Origin: Octopus sinensis
Taxonomy: Eukaryota
DNA length: 64,000 bases
NCBI RefSeq assembly: GCF_006345805.1
Contig: NC_043004.1
Location: forward strand, 57,660,001-57,724,000
Direction of reading: 5' to 3'
A program made the position numbers and the translations under genes. Within the stretch, counting starts at the first letter, position 1. Every line of letters starts with the position of its first letter. The notes under the pieces are model-generated. The model was given only the letters and a program-made list of their open reading frames with translations. It was not told where the DNA came from and ran no database searches. This document shows, in pieces, positions 25,883 through 38,885 of this stretch.

Positions 25883-25928
25883 TCACTTGACCGGTTTCCC
25901 TTTTTTAGATAAAGATTGTCAAAAGTAA
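25883..25928 (-). ncRNA. Type I hammerhead ribozyme, U3-A8 core variant, GUC cleavage triplet
   Basis: Minus strand: TTACTT-TTGACAA-TCTTT-atctaaa-AAAGG-GAAA-CCG-GTC-AAGTGA. Helix I has 6 bp, helix II 5 bp, and helix III is the palindrome ACCGGT. Confidence 0.65.
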
Positions 25929-26263
25929 AATGTAAATCTTTGTATGAGCTTTGTTGACTTAAGTACTAGTTATCACAAAAGTATAAAAATACATATATAC
26001 CTTCTTTGATAATAATAACAGTTTACAAGTAAAAACAGTCTACAAGTTAAAACAGTTTACAAGTAAGTATTTAAGAAACTAATCAGAACGGGACTCCAAA
26101 AAGCATTTTTGAGTTCAACATAAATCATATTTGTTTGGTAGTATACATACACACAGAAAGAGATATATTTAAGAACTTACAAGAAATTGTAGAGGAATAA
26201 CTGACCTGTCTTTCAGGCATTTAACATCTTTAAAATTGCCCTGTCATGCATATATTTACATGG

Positions 26264-26317
<54 letters not shown>

Positions 26318-26373
26318 CGAATATATAGATACATATACATACATACATGCATACAACATATATATATATATAT

Positions 26374-26407
<34 letters not shown>

Positions 26408-26514
26408 ATATATACATATATATAGTAAGGAAAAATTTTTTTAAAATGCAGAATGCTCAAATGAAAGAAAATTTTAATAAAATGAGAAAATGATAAAATA
26501 TATAAATATATATT

Positions 26515-26555
26515 TATTCAACCGGTTTTCGTCATTGTATGACTTGTCAAGAATA
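26515..26555 (-). ncRNA. Type I hammerhead ribozyme, U3-A8 core variant, with one extra A
   Basis: Minus strand: TATTC-TTGACAA-GTC-atacaat-GAC-GAAA(A)-CCG-GTT-GAATA. Confidence 0.55.
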
Positions 26556-27186
26556 TTTATGTTTTAAGAAGTTATTTTAAAAATTAGAAAGGGGAAAAAA
26601 GAAAATTGCATTGTTTTTTGTAAAAGAATAATGGTAAAAATGTACAAAAATTAAAAAATAAGTTCTCCGATACATTGTGAGTTCGTTGTGTATCTTGAGT
26701 TTTATGGTTGTTTACCAAAAAATTACCTTGAGGTGTTAAGATCCAAAGGGATTAAGAGCATGTGATGTGTTGTGTTGTTAAATTCAGCATGTTGCAGGAC
26801 AGGAAGTAGTAGTAATTGTGGTCCTGGTTCTTCAGTTCCTGTGTTGTGGGTAAGGGGAGACACCTCTTTTGAGTTCTTCAATAAAACCCAAATTATAAAA
26901 CTATCATTTTAGCTTCATTTGCATTATCTTTTTTATATAATTGCTTGTTAACTTAACTTTCAGATTTTAACACTTTATTTATATTATTTTCTAATAATAT
27001 AAATCTGCATAGACAATTGCATTTCAAATTGTCATATCATTTATAATAAAAATGATAGTAATAACAACAATAGTAAAAATGATATTTAAAGAATATAAGT
27101 TTTAGCTTGAAGTGATGAATGCATGGTATCTTTATATATTTGTGTTAGTCCATCCATGAAGAGTGAGGTAGAGAAAGGCAGTTTGA

Positions 27187-28735
27187 TCAACGAGGAGTTT
27201 GCATATTAAGTTGTGTTTGGAATTTTTCAATAAAGAGATTCTCCTTGTTAATTCTCTCCTGTGTGGTGATCCCGTCTTTACATTGGTAGAAGGGGAATAT
27301 ATAGAATTCGGGGTTTAAGTCTTTAGCACATGAGTCTAAGTGGTCACTCAGTGGAATTTGTCGGTATTCCGGGAGATTTATTTGTTCTTTATGCACCGTT
27401 ACTCGTTTACGTAACGGGAGACTCGTTTGTCCAACATAATTATGTTGGCAACCAGCGCATGTGAGAACGTAGATAAGGTTCTCGGAGGAACAGAAGTTAG
27501 TCTTGATTTTAAACTTCGTACCTTGTTTGAAGGTAAATTCAGAGCCTTCAAGTAGAAAGGGGCAGGTACCACAGTTTGAGCGTGCACATTTTTTTTACTG
27601 TTGGGGGTGGATGTGGTGTGTGAAGTTTGGCATTTGTCAAGAGTTTTTTTAAAGATTTGTGTTGCCTTTTGCATTTGAGGATTTTGTGTGTATTTATAAT
27701 GTTTTTCATTTTTGGGTCTGTTGACAGTAGACTGAGGTTTTGTATGATTGTGGTGTATGCTTCGATATTTTTGGGGTTGTGGGTGGAAATGTATGGAAGT
27801 ATTTTGAGGTTGTGTGTGGTGTTAGGTTGGGTGGTTTTCAGTGTAGTGTTGTCTAGTTCTTTGGCGCGTTTTATTCCATACTCTATAAGGGTGGAGGGAT
27901 ATTGACGTTGTAATAGTGTTTTTTTGGGTCTTGAAGGCGTATTTCTCGTGTTTTTGGATCCGAGACAATGGTGCATACCCTTTTAGCTAAATTGAAAGGG
28001 ATATTTGTCTTGGTGTGTTTTGGGTGGCATGAACTAAAGAGGAGGTATTGTTGTGAGTCTGTAGGTTTGTGGTAGATGTCTGTTATGATTTGGTTCTTAG
28101 GTGTTTTTATAATTAGGAGATCAAGGAATGGGAGATGATGTTTGCTTAATTCCATAGTGAATTGGATGTTGGGATGTATGTTGTTTAGTATGGTTTTGAA
28201 TTCCAGGAGTTTTTCATAAGGTTCTTTCCATATGATGAAACAATCATCTAAATACCTTTTCCAGTTTTCCATTAGGTAGGTGTGGAAAACATGTCCAAAT
28301 TTCTGGCTTGATATTTCATAGAGTGACACTTCGAAGTAACCCATTATGAGGTTCGCAAGGACTGGTGCAGCCTTGGTACCCATCGCAATGCCACATTTTT
28401 GACGGTAGTGTGTGTCGTCGAAGAGGAAAAAAATTTGTTTGTCAGAATGAACTTAAGAGATTCTGTAATAAAAGACTTGTTAATGCGGTCAGGGAATGTC
28501 TCTGGGTGTTTTTCTAGCCAGAAGTCAATTGCCTCTATACCATACTCGTGTGGAATGTTGGTGTAGAGGTTGATGACATCAAAGGATACCAGGAGTGGCC
28601 TCCTCGTTAACTGTTTTCGGGAGGTGTTTGAGCATGTCCAGATCATCCCTAATGAAACTTTTGATGTGGGTAAGGAAAGGTTTCAAAAGTATGTCTAGAA
28701 GTTACTCATATATATAGGAAGTTGTCTAGGAAGTT
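27187..28735 (-). mobile_element. Penelope-like retroelement 1 (RT plus C-terminal GIY-YIG endonuclease), 5'-truncated and frameshifted
   Basis: Motifs LLVSFDVINLYTNIPH, MGTKAAPVLANLIMG, WKRYLDDCFIIW, LPFLDLLI, DIYHKPTDSQQYLLFSSCHP; GIY-YIG-type NLIYVLTCAGCQHNYVGQTS at 27421-27480 followed by VHKEQINLPEYRQIPLSDHL. Confidence 0.92.
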
Positions 28736-28740
28736 ACTAC

Positions 28741-28791
<51 letters not shown>

Positions 28792-29457
28792 GATATAAGA
28801 TACCAAATACATATAAAATATACATATGTAAATATATATAGGAAGATGTCTAGAAGTTTCTACATATAATATAATACATATATATATTATATTATATATA
28901 CATATATATATATATACATATAGATATATATATATATACATATTATATATCATATATATATACAATATACATATATAATACAATATACATATATTATATA
29001 TATATATACATATATATATACATACTATATATACATAAATATAAATATATCATATATATATACATACATATATACATACATATATATACATATACATATA
29101 CATACATATAACATCCATATATATATATACATACATATATATATACATAGATATATATATATACACATACATATATATATATACATCATATATATATACA
29201 TACATATATATATACATACCTATATACATCATATATATATATACATACATATATATGTATACATACATATATATATATAATATACATACATATATATGTA
29301 TACATACATATATATATACATATATATTACAACATATATATATATATATACACATATATATACATATATATATATACATATATATACATATATATATATA
29401 TACATAATATATACATATATACATATATATACATATATATATATATATAATATATAT

Positions 29458-29522
<65 letters not shown>

Positions 29523-29545
29523 ATATATATTATATATATATATAT
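28735..29545. repeat. Long compound (TA)n/(TACA)n microsatellite
   Basis: Read directly; the source of many YIYI ORF artefacts. Confidence 0.95.
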
Positions 29546-29722
29546 GATAGATCGGTAGCCACTACACACATTTTTTCTCTCCTTGTTTTCTGTGTCCCTT
29601 TCTGTAGAAGTGCGTAGGCTCGAAACGTAAAATACTTTTTCTATTCCTGAGCGTTATACTAATACATCTGTTTGTTTTGTACACCACCTGTCTTCGTCTT
29701 TTGTTTTTTTTCCGTAAACTCT

Positions 29723-29725
<3 letters not shown>
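29545..29725 (+). mobile_element. Short (TA)n-flanked repeat with a degenerate hammerhead-like motif
   Basis: TTTC-TGTAGAAGT-GCGTAGGCTC-GAAACGTA(29622-29629)-AAA. The 3' core is intact (GAAA-CGTA) and the 5' core is mutated. Confidence 0.4.
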
Positions 29726-29777
<52 letters not shown>

Positions 29778-30923
29778 TGTATGTATGTATTTATACATAT
29801 AATCCATCGTGTATGTGTTTTTTATTGTTTATAACTTAGTAAGTAATATGAAATATTTACAAATTTACAAGCTGATATTAAAATCAAAATGCTGAATCCT
29901 ATCATAATAAAAACGATTCTTCTCCATAGCACTTATAATTCCTCGAACTTAGTGCATAAAGCAAACAAGTTATTTCAAAACTAATACAGTGTCATTATTT
30001 TTCTCATATTACTAAAAGAAATTTAATATTAGGGAAAGTAACAATAATTAAAAAGTAGCAGAATGAAGAAATGAAAGAGTTTGCTGCTGAATTAAACGAT
30101 GGAATATGTTGTTATTAAAAGAAATCTGATTTAAATAGTTTGAGGGTTGGAATTTAAGTTCTCAGTCCGGTTAGGCTCACATTAACATGTTACATTTGCA
30201 TAATTTTAATCATCAAATGTTTTTTAAACATTCTTCTTTACTGTTTTTTTTAATGGTGGTGGATGCGGACGTAACAGAAGTACCTCCAGATGTTCCAAAA
30301 TGAATATCTTATTTTATCATGCTATATCGCCAATCGATATTCTGTATCAAATTATATTTAATAGCTCTGCTTCGTCTAAAGTACTTTCCATCTGAACGCA
30401 TTAAATTATTTATAAAGAATCTTGATAACTGGTTATCTGGTTTGTATATTGGAACCTGTTAATTTGTTACTACTGAAGAAATTGTTTGATTAATTAGAAC
30501 TTCTGCTGGAACAGTTGACTGTTTAGGCATTAATTACATAACACTGAATATGAATAATTAAGTAGAGTCAAAAATCTGATTGCATAATATATGTAGATAC
30601 ACAAAACAAAAACAGACACATATTCACCGCCGCACTCGCAAATATATACATATGTACATTCACATGTACATCCGTATGCAAGCACACATACATGCACAAC
30701 ATACAGTCGCTCCCATATAAGCAGGGAGAAAGGAAGGACAAAATGTAAAAACGTGCTAAGTTGAAAATCAAAATTCTAAGAGTGAAACACCGAGAAATAT
30801 GCATACACGTATGCGTGTCCTTGTGTGTCTATGTATGTGTGAATGTGGGTTTCTATGTATGTATGTATGTATGTATGTATGTATGTATGTATGTATGTAT
30901 GCATGTATGTAAGTATGTATTCT

Positions 30924-31155
30924 AAGGCGGTAAGCTGGCAGAAACATTAGCACACTGGGCGAAATGCGTAGCCGTTTTTCGACTGCCGTTACGTTCTGAG
31001 TTCAAATTCCGCCGAGGTCGACTTTGCCTTTCATCCTTTCGGGGTCGATAATTTAAGTACCAGTTACGCACTGGAGGTCGATGTGATCGACTTAATCCGT
31101 GTGTCTGTTCTTGTTTGTCCCCTCTGTGTTTAGCCCCTTGTGGGTAGTAAAGAAA
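30924..31155 (+). mobile_element. SINE family C (tRNA head plus Deu/Nin-like domain)
   Basis: GGCGGTAAGCTGGCAGAAACATTAGC...GAGTTCAAATTCCGCCGAGGTCGACTTTGCCTTTCATCCTTTCGGGGTCGATAA...GGGTAGTAAAGAAAT. Confidence 0.9.
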
Positions 31156-32076
31156 TAGGTATGTATGTATGTATCTATCTATCTACCTAGCTATCTGGCT
31201 AGCTATGCACTTCTCTCACACTGTCTCTGTCTATTTCTCTGACTGTCTCTGTATATATACACATGTGTGTGTGCGTGCGTGTGCACTCACGTGTGTATAA
31301 ACCGTAGCTGGTAAAATCATGAGCGCACAGGATTAAAAGCTAAATAGCATTGTTTCTTCCAGCTCTATACATTCTGAGCTCAAAACCCGCAGAGGCCCAT
31401 AAAATAAAGTACTCGTCAAGAGACCTTCCCACAATCAAAATTACTGACCTTGTGCCCCAATTAGAAGGAATATATGCATATATATGTATGCATGTGTGTG
31501 TGTTTGTTAGTGTGTGTGTGTGTGTGTGTGCGTGTGTTTGTGTATGAGCGTGCTTATTTGTGATAATTTAAGCAGAATTTATAAAACTTGTAACGAGTGT
31601 TTTCAAAACCTTACAGGCACACTGACTTCTCTTTCTTATATAATAAGCTGAATCATTGATTAATGATATAATAAATGCAAAATATATATTATATATCGTT
31701 GCTGAAGAGTTTAGTGCTTCCTTGAAACAATCTGTATATAACTTACTGTAATAGAGGTATGCTTCTTAAGCATTCCTTTTGTATCTCCTGTGGCCTATAT
31801 CAGAACCTTAGACATAAATGTCATACTGATCATATTTTATCGCTATGTATTATAACAGACGCTGTGAGACCCATAATATTTCATATCCCTTATAAAAACC
31901 AAAGTATATTCATAAGTAGAATCACTGCCACAGCACACATGACTATCACCACTACATTCAAAATCTCGACTAGGATGGAATATGTATCTCACTAATACAT
32001 CTACTTCTAAGAATATTACAGGCTTATGCACATATGTGGAAACACGTCATACGCTCAAACACACATGATCATGCAT

Positions 32077-32108
<32 letters not shown>

Positions 32109-33119
32109 ACACACATACATACACACACGTATGAGTGCATATCATTTAAACACTGGCACCACCACCCTATAATTTACAAAAAGAACCATAGGAAATAAAT
32201 AAAAATCAGATTGTTTTCTGATTAAATTCAATGGCCGAAAGATGTAAATCTTACCATTAACAGAAAACGTATGTAACTTAGCTCTAAAGATATTAGTTTT
32301 ATATGCTCATAAAAACTAGTGTTTCTGTATAATAAAATATTTTCAAGTGAAATGTTATTTTAATAGTGATTGGCTTTTAGAAATCTATATTTTTTCAATA
32401 TTAGCCACAAATTGGCCATTATACTAACAGCCGAAAATCAATTTTTCATAAAATAAATTCAATGTCATATGACAGTTTGTCACTACATTTCGTTAAATTA
32501 TAAGAGAAAGACTGCTTTTGCCAGATAAAACAAGCACAAACATGGTTTTGTGGTTAAAGACATTACTTCACAATTACATGGTTTCGGGTTCAGTCTTACA
32601 GCACGCTACCTTAGTCAATTGTCATCTATAACAGCCCCCAGTTAACCAAGCCATGTGAGCAAATTTGGTAGAACGAGACTGTGGAAACCACCGCCGTGTA
32701 TACATACATGCGCGTGCGCACACATACATTATCCTCATAGTTACATTAGGCTATGTACGAACAAATTTGCATCAAAACTATAGGAATACACGGTTTCACA
32801 AAGAAAGAGCAAAAGGAAACTGACACAGATTCTCCAAATCAAATCTATTAGGGGCACAATAAAGATTTGTAAGAAATTCCAAAAAATTCACCATCTCACA
32901 TGCTTATATGAACAGATGAACACACTTCGGTGTATGCGCCGACAGTTCAACCAACACATCAACTTCACCACATATTTACAAACACCAAGACCTATTTTCA
33001 CTCAGTCTTGTTGTTTTGATAGCGATGGGCTTGAACCCTCTCAAGGACTTAAATAAACTCAAAAACCATTCATACATGCATGTATACATACATAGAAATA
33101 TATGAATGTATGTTTTTAT

Positions 33120-33293
33120 GATTGTATGTAATGTTATTATTCAGTTTGTTTCAAGATTTCTCGCCAATAGGGAAAGAACCGGTTTCTAACCTAGATCCAA
33201 GGCTCCTTCATTGGAATTTCAACATCAGCAACAGGGTATTTTTGTTTGTATGTATGTATTCTCGTGCATATATTTGCATATCTAGACATACTC

Positions 33294-33324
<31 letters not shown>

Positions 33325-33790
33325 ATAAATGATGAACTTCTGGATAGTTTAAAAGATTTTTACAGTTCCAGTGATCGATAGGATATGTTGTCTTCAAATT
33401 AGCTTTGACCTTACTGGTTTTGAGAAATCTAATTTCTCAAGATTGGTATTTAGGTAGTGTGTTACAAATCCCAGGCCCCACAATTATGGGTATAAACGTG
33501 AACTTGTAATCTGGAAAGAGTATCTTCAGATTTCTGAATAGTTCAGGATAAGTGTTCTCCTTTTCACTGATCTTCAGGTTTATGCTAACAACCGCTGGGC
33601 AGCTAATTTCCACAACTGTGCAGAGCTTTTCTTCTCTATCCAAAACCATTACATCAGGTCTGTTGTGCTTACATTTTATTGAGGTCTTCACTGATACATT
33701 CTACCATTATTCCTTTTTATTATGAGTGGCTATGATATCTACTATATTGTGGGTTCGTATTTCTTTGTTCTCGGGATTATCCTGCCGACA
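33120..33790 (-). mobile_element. 3' fragment of an RLE-type non-LTR retrotransposon (R4/Dong-like)
   Basis: ORF 33437-33691 reads HNRPDVMVLDREEKLCTVVEISCPAVV...SEKENTY, the PD..E.K restriction-like endonuclease pattern. It continues after a frameshift to TGTVKIF and a 3' UTR ending in AATAATAA. Confidence 0.85.
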
Positions 33791-34186
33791 GATTTCATTA
33801 TAGAGCGTCCCTATATATTATAAGGAAAATAAGGCAAGGTATAAAATACTACACTAATTTTATCAGGAAGAACGTTTTAGTACCGGTTATAGTCTTTGCG
33901 ACTTTTTCAACTTTTAGTAAAGCATGAACAGTAATTAAATTGTGGAAAAATTAAGTGAAATGTCTTTCTAGAATATTTCCATAGTTCTCAAATACGTGGG
34001 ATATTTTCCTATTTTCTGTCTCTTTGTCTCTCTCTTTCTTCTCTCTCTTTTACTTCTTTGAACACTCGGTAGGTTGTAACAGATCTAATTATTGTAGCAT
34101 TTTCTACCTTGTCTTATCTTCCTTATATATATCAGCTCGATAGTTACTTTTCAACCTCCTACACACACACACACACACACACACAC

Positions 34187-34214
<28 letters not shown>

Positions 34215-34220
<6 letters not shown>

Positions 34221-36715
34221 ATATTATATCATTGCTTCAGAAAACCAATGACTTAATAAAGAGAATGAGATGGAAGGCCATCTTTTATGATAACAAAAAT
34301 ACTTTAAAAGACCAATATAACAATACTTACGGTCTCGAATCTTATAGAAATCCACCACACAACCCATTATAAAATGAATTTGAAAATGCAATATTAGAAT
34401 TGGTTAAATCTATCAAATTCTCAAGGTTTGCTTCCAAATATCAAAAGAATTTAACAAAATTATTCAACCAAATTATTAATACACCAAATGTACATGTCTT
34501 TTCTGATAAAACTGGGAATTTATATTCCATTACCCCAATTCAATACCAATATTTTAATCATAAAGAAGTATGTAAGTCATATAAATTATAAACATATCAA
34601 CTTTAGAATTAATAAATAATGAACATTGTAAAATTATTCATAAACTGGAAGTGGAAGGCCATCCAGAATTATACACTCCAAATACACCACACTTCAACTT
34701 AAAGGACCACAAATCTAATTTTAATATTAATCCAGCTATAAGACTAATTTGTCCAACAAAGGCAGATCTTGGCAGAATCACTAAAAATAAACTTGACGGA
34801 ATTATACCTATACTGAAGAAAAAACTCAATTATAACCTTTAGTTTAGCACAGTATAAGTTATAACTTGGTTCCATTTACTACCAAATAAGACCAACTCGT
34901 CCTTCTTACAATTTAACATTAATAGCTATTATGCATCTATATTATCGATTATATTATATAAAGCTATAATTTTAGCTAGAAGTCTCTCTAATATTACACC
35001 ACTTGAAATTGATATAATACTACTAGCTAGAAAAAACACTAATCAAATTTAATGACAATCTATGGTGCCGTGCTGCAAATAATAATTTATTCCATATCAT
35101 CATGGGATCTTCTGATTCCGCCCTAATTACAGACTTGGTAGGCTTATTTTTGTTACATAAGACCAGACAATATTTCCCTTCTCTCAAAGGAGGATTATAT
35201 AGAGATCATACTCTTCTGGTATATAATGGCAGATCCAAAAGAAAAATAGGAAAAATGAAAGAACTCCATAAAGTTTATATAAATTTTGGTTTTTCTATTA
35301 CCTTTGAAGAAAGCTATTGTAAAGCAAATTTCTTAGATGTAACTCTGGACCTGAATACCTTTACTTATTCCCCTTCCCATAAACCTAATGAATACCTCAA
35401 ATATATAACCATTCATTCTAACTATCATACATAATTTCTTAATTGCATTGTAAACAGTATATCCTTTAGAATCTCAGATATATCCTATAATGAAGAAATA
35501 TTCAATAATCACGCAAACTATTATAATCAAGCTATAGCTGCAAGTGGATTTAAACAAAATATTAAATATATAAAATATACAAAGCTTAAGATTTATATAG
35601 CACAAATGGAACTAAACCAAAGTACGCATAATACTAAACTAAGAAATACAATTAACCTTACCTCTAACAGTAATATTGAACCAATACAAAAAGGTGAAAC
35701 CTCTGTAAAACATGACAAAAAAAACTAGAAAAGGTTATGGTAGACATAGAACCAAAAACAGTAATAACAAGAAACACCTAGGAAATACTATGTAAATTCT
35801 AAATTCAGTATTAACTATAATAATGTACGTAGTAGGAGTGTAAAAAGGGAAATTATTTGGTACACCCCCCCCATTCTTATTAAATGTTAAAGGATTAGCC
35901 CAAAAGAAAATCTAAACATAGTCAAATGATAGCTTTCCTAATAATCATAAGTATCACCATGTATTTAATACTTCAACAATTAAAATATCGTTTTTTACAT
36001 TGCCGAAAATAGGATCAATTATTGCCAGCTATAATAGACTAAAATTTAATAAATATAAAAATAGTTTAAGAAATAATAATTACAATAATACTAGTAATGT
36101 AATATACAATAGTGCTAGAACAGCAAATAATACTCAACATAATACTAGTTCAATAGATAACATTACGAGAATACATAGCAATACTATAACAGTAACAAAA
36201 TCTTAGCAAAATTCCAATAATCATACATCTCAAAATATGCAATATACTTTAGATAATCCAATACCACAATCTAATAACAATAATAACATACAAACAGCAA
36301 ATATACCTAATTCTATTATAAATGATTCCACAAGAAATTCAAATATAACACCACATACCATAACAAATAATCATAATAGTATTAAATATTATATCACAGA
36401 TCAGAAACATACAACTAAATATTGCTCACGTAAAAATCAAAAAAATCATGTCCTTTAGAAGGCAAATGTAGAAGGTTCAACGTATTATATAAGTGCACTG
36501 TTAGACAAACTGATAACACACACAGTATGGTATATATAAGGAGCTCTATTAACTTTAAGCAAAGATTATTGCCACACATATATCCATTTAAACTGAATAT
36601 AACGATTAACACTACTTTATTGGATACATATATACATAAACTAAAAAAATACCTTAAGTATAAATTATCCTGGTAACTATAAATTGACTCTGCTACACCA
36701 TATATCAAATAAATA
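34215..36715 (+). mobile_element. Penelope-like retroelement 2 (different lineage), heavily decayed
   Basis: Fragments KTNDLIKRMRWKAI, VFSDKTGNLY, LKDHKSNFNINPAIRLICPTKADLGRI, MGSSDSALITDLVGL...GLYRDH, KANFLDVTLDL...HKPN, and the GIY-YIG remnant CPLEGKCRRFNVLYKCTV...MVYI at ~36448-36540. Numerous stops. Confidence 0.85.
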
Positions 36716-38018
36716 TTCTATCTATGGCCCGATAGTATAAGTACCAGACCCAAAAGAAAGTAGCGGGGCCTATTTCTTCGACAATACTTTCAAGGCAGCG
36801 CTCTAGTACGACTGCAGTCCAATCATTCGAACATGTAAACGATTCAAAGTTATAAGATACGTTGCCCTCAAAATCGGTTCTCATTTCTGAAAAGTAAACG
36901 TGATTTTATCATCTCTTCTGATTACTAAATAACGTTTTATTTCTCACAACGCTAGCAAGTTTAAGTGGACGAATAAGCTGACACCATAGACTGCTATACG
37001 TATGTAGTACATTATATTATCGACTTCGGTGGAATGAGAATCAGTGATGACCTTGGTAGAATGGATCTCAGGACATAAACTCTCCTAACTATTAAATTAC
37101 AATAGTCAAGTAGTCAACTAGAAATAACGTTTTCGGATACACAGTCAATAAATTAACTAGAATCTCGTTGCTGGCAAAACGAACATCTGCCGAAGATTCC
37201 TTTAAACATAATAAATAATAAATACTAACATAATTAAATTTCGTCAAATTTTCTTTTATATATACATATATGTTGACATATTAATGTGGAGAATATGGGC
37301 GTGTTTGATAACCTTCATGTTTTTCTTCTTTTCAAAAAGGTAGAGAAGTATATAAGCGTTCCAACAGATGGTTCGGCCTATTGCCAGACAAGGATACTTG
37401 ATACGTTTTTTTACATACACACACACACACACACACACATGCATGCATATTTATTTACATACATGTACAGTCATACACAAACACACATAGACACATCTAA
37501 ATATACATATATACATACATGTATATATATATATGTATACATGTAAGTATGTATATGTATACATGTATATATATATATACATATATATATATGACAGAGT
37601 AGTAAAAGTAAAAATTCTTGACAGGTGTAATATAATAAGCATGTTAGAGGGGGGGGGAGAATGAGAGAGATAAAGAGATACTAAAAAATCGATAGAAAAA
37701 GTAAGTAATATCGGAAGGTAGATAAGATTGCTATTGGGAGTGAGGGAATGAGAAGTAGACATCGGAAGAAAAATGCCGTTAAAATTGTGCGAAAGTGTTC
37801 ATTATGTTTCTTATAAACACTTCCACTGAAGAATCTTTCTCTGTTCTGGGAAAAACTTGGAAATATTTGAAAATATATGTCACAATTGTCTTAAATATCC
37901 CCATAAAGATTGCGAATAGATGGTATTTGTGTCATTTAGTTTCTGTTGTATAATACGTAGCAAACATTCTCATAAGTTTACAGATTCACTTCATAAAATC
38001 TCTTAATGTAATTATATT

Positions 38019-38219
38019 TCACAACTCTCCTAATATGTCGAAATATAACGTTCCTAATATGATTCAAGTATCGTAGTCGAGTGTAAATTATTTGTATATT
38101 TGTTTCGATTTCATTTTAAAATAACAGAAATTAACTTCCCCCCAAAAATGAGTGCAAATTCATGCGATACTTGAATCATATTAGGAACGTTAAATTTCGA
38201 CATATTAGGAGAGTTGTGA
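38019..38219. repeat. 55-bp inverted repeat (1 mismatch) with a 91-bp spacer
   Basis: TCACAACTCTCCTAATATGTCGAAATATAACGTTCCTAATATGATTCAAGTATCG (38019-38073) versus its reverse complement at 38165-38219. Confidence 0.95.
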
Positions 38220-38689
38220 CACCCAGTTCTTACTGACACTTAGTCTCTTATGTTTAAGACCGATCATTAATGTAACACGTGTAATATTGCATTGGATATT
38301 AATTTACAGCCCCAGTGTCGTGAACATTATTTACCGAATATATTCAGAGTATTTGTTTTGCTTCTTCACATGTTCACTGCGGTATCGTGTATTGGGTACA
38401 ACTCCCTTTTAGCACTGGGTGTTAAAATACCTGAAAGTCATAGAGAGACGATGTATTTATCGTCATGGCATATCAGCAAATTGTTCTTACACTATTTGTA
38501 TATAGTCATAGACTGGCGTTTATGTTTATTCCCGGTTTAATTTACGTCCCTGATGATCATAAACCACTAAAATGACAAAATATCGATATTCACCACGCCT
38601 GAATGGGACTGGTGGCGTCCTGATTTACAAATTGAATGAACCAGGTGCTCTGAGCCTCATCAATATTGAACTCTTTTACTCTTATAATC

Positions 38690-38885
38690 TTTTACTAGTT
38701 TCGGTCATTTGACTGTGGCATTGCTCGAGCACCGCCTTTAGTCGAGCAAATCGACCCCAGGACTTATTCTTTGTAAGCCTAGTACATATTCTATCGGTCT
38801 CTTTTGCCAAACCGCTAATGTTACGGAGACGTAAGCACACCAGCATCGGTTTTGAAGCGATGTTGGGGGGTCAAACACAGACACA
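38690..38885 (-). mobile_element. SINE family A, 3' half
   Basis: Reverse complement of the family A tail (GATAGAATATGTACTAGGCTTACAAAGAATAAGTCCTGGGGTCG...GTCAAATGACCGAAAC). Confidence 0.85.

Noticed and set aside
33172-33220. Minus-strand CCAATGA...GAAACCGGTT in the RLE element 3' UTR
   Set aside because: Essential U4 and G5 are absent and helix I does not pair.
33875-33917. Minus-strand TTGAAAA-AGTC-gcaaa-GACT-ATAACCGGTA-CTAAAA just upstream of PLE 2
   Set aside because: Possibly a relic hammerhead, but both core strands and helix I are too mutated to support a call.
38545-38600. CTGATGA at 38550 followed by TCAT/ATGA and the palindrome ATATCGATAT
   Set aside because: CAAAA replaces GAAA and there is no helix I complementarity, so it is not called a hammerhead.
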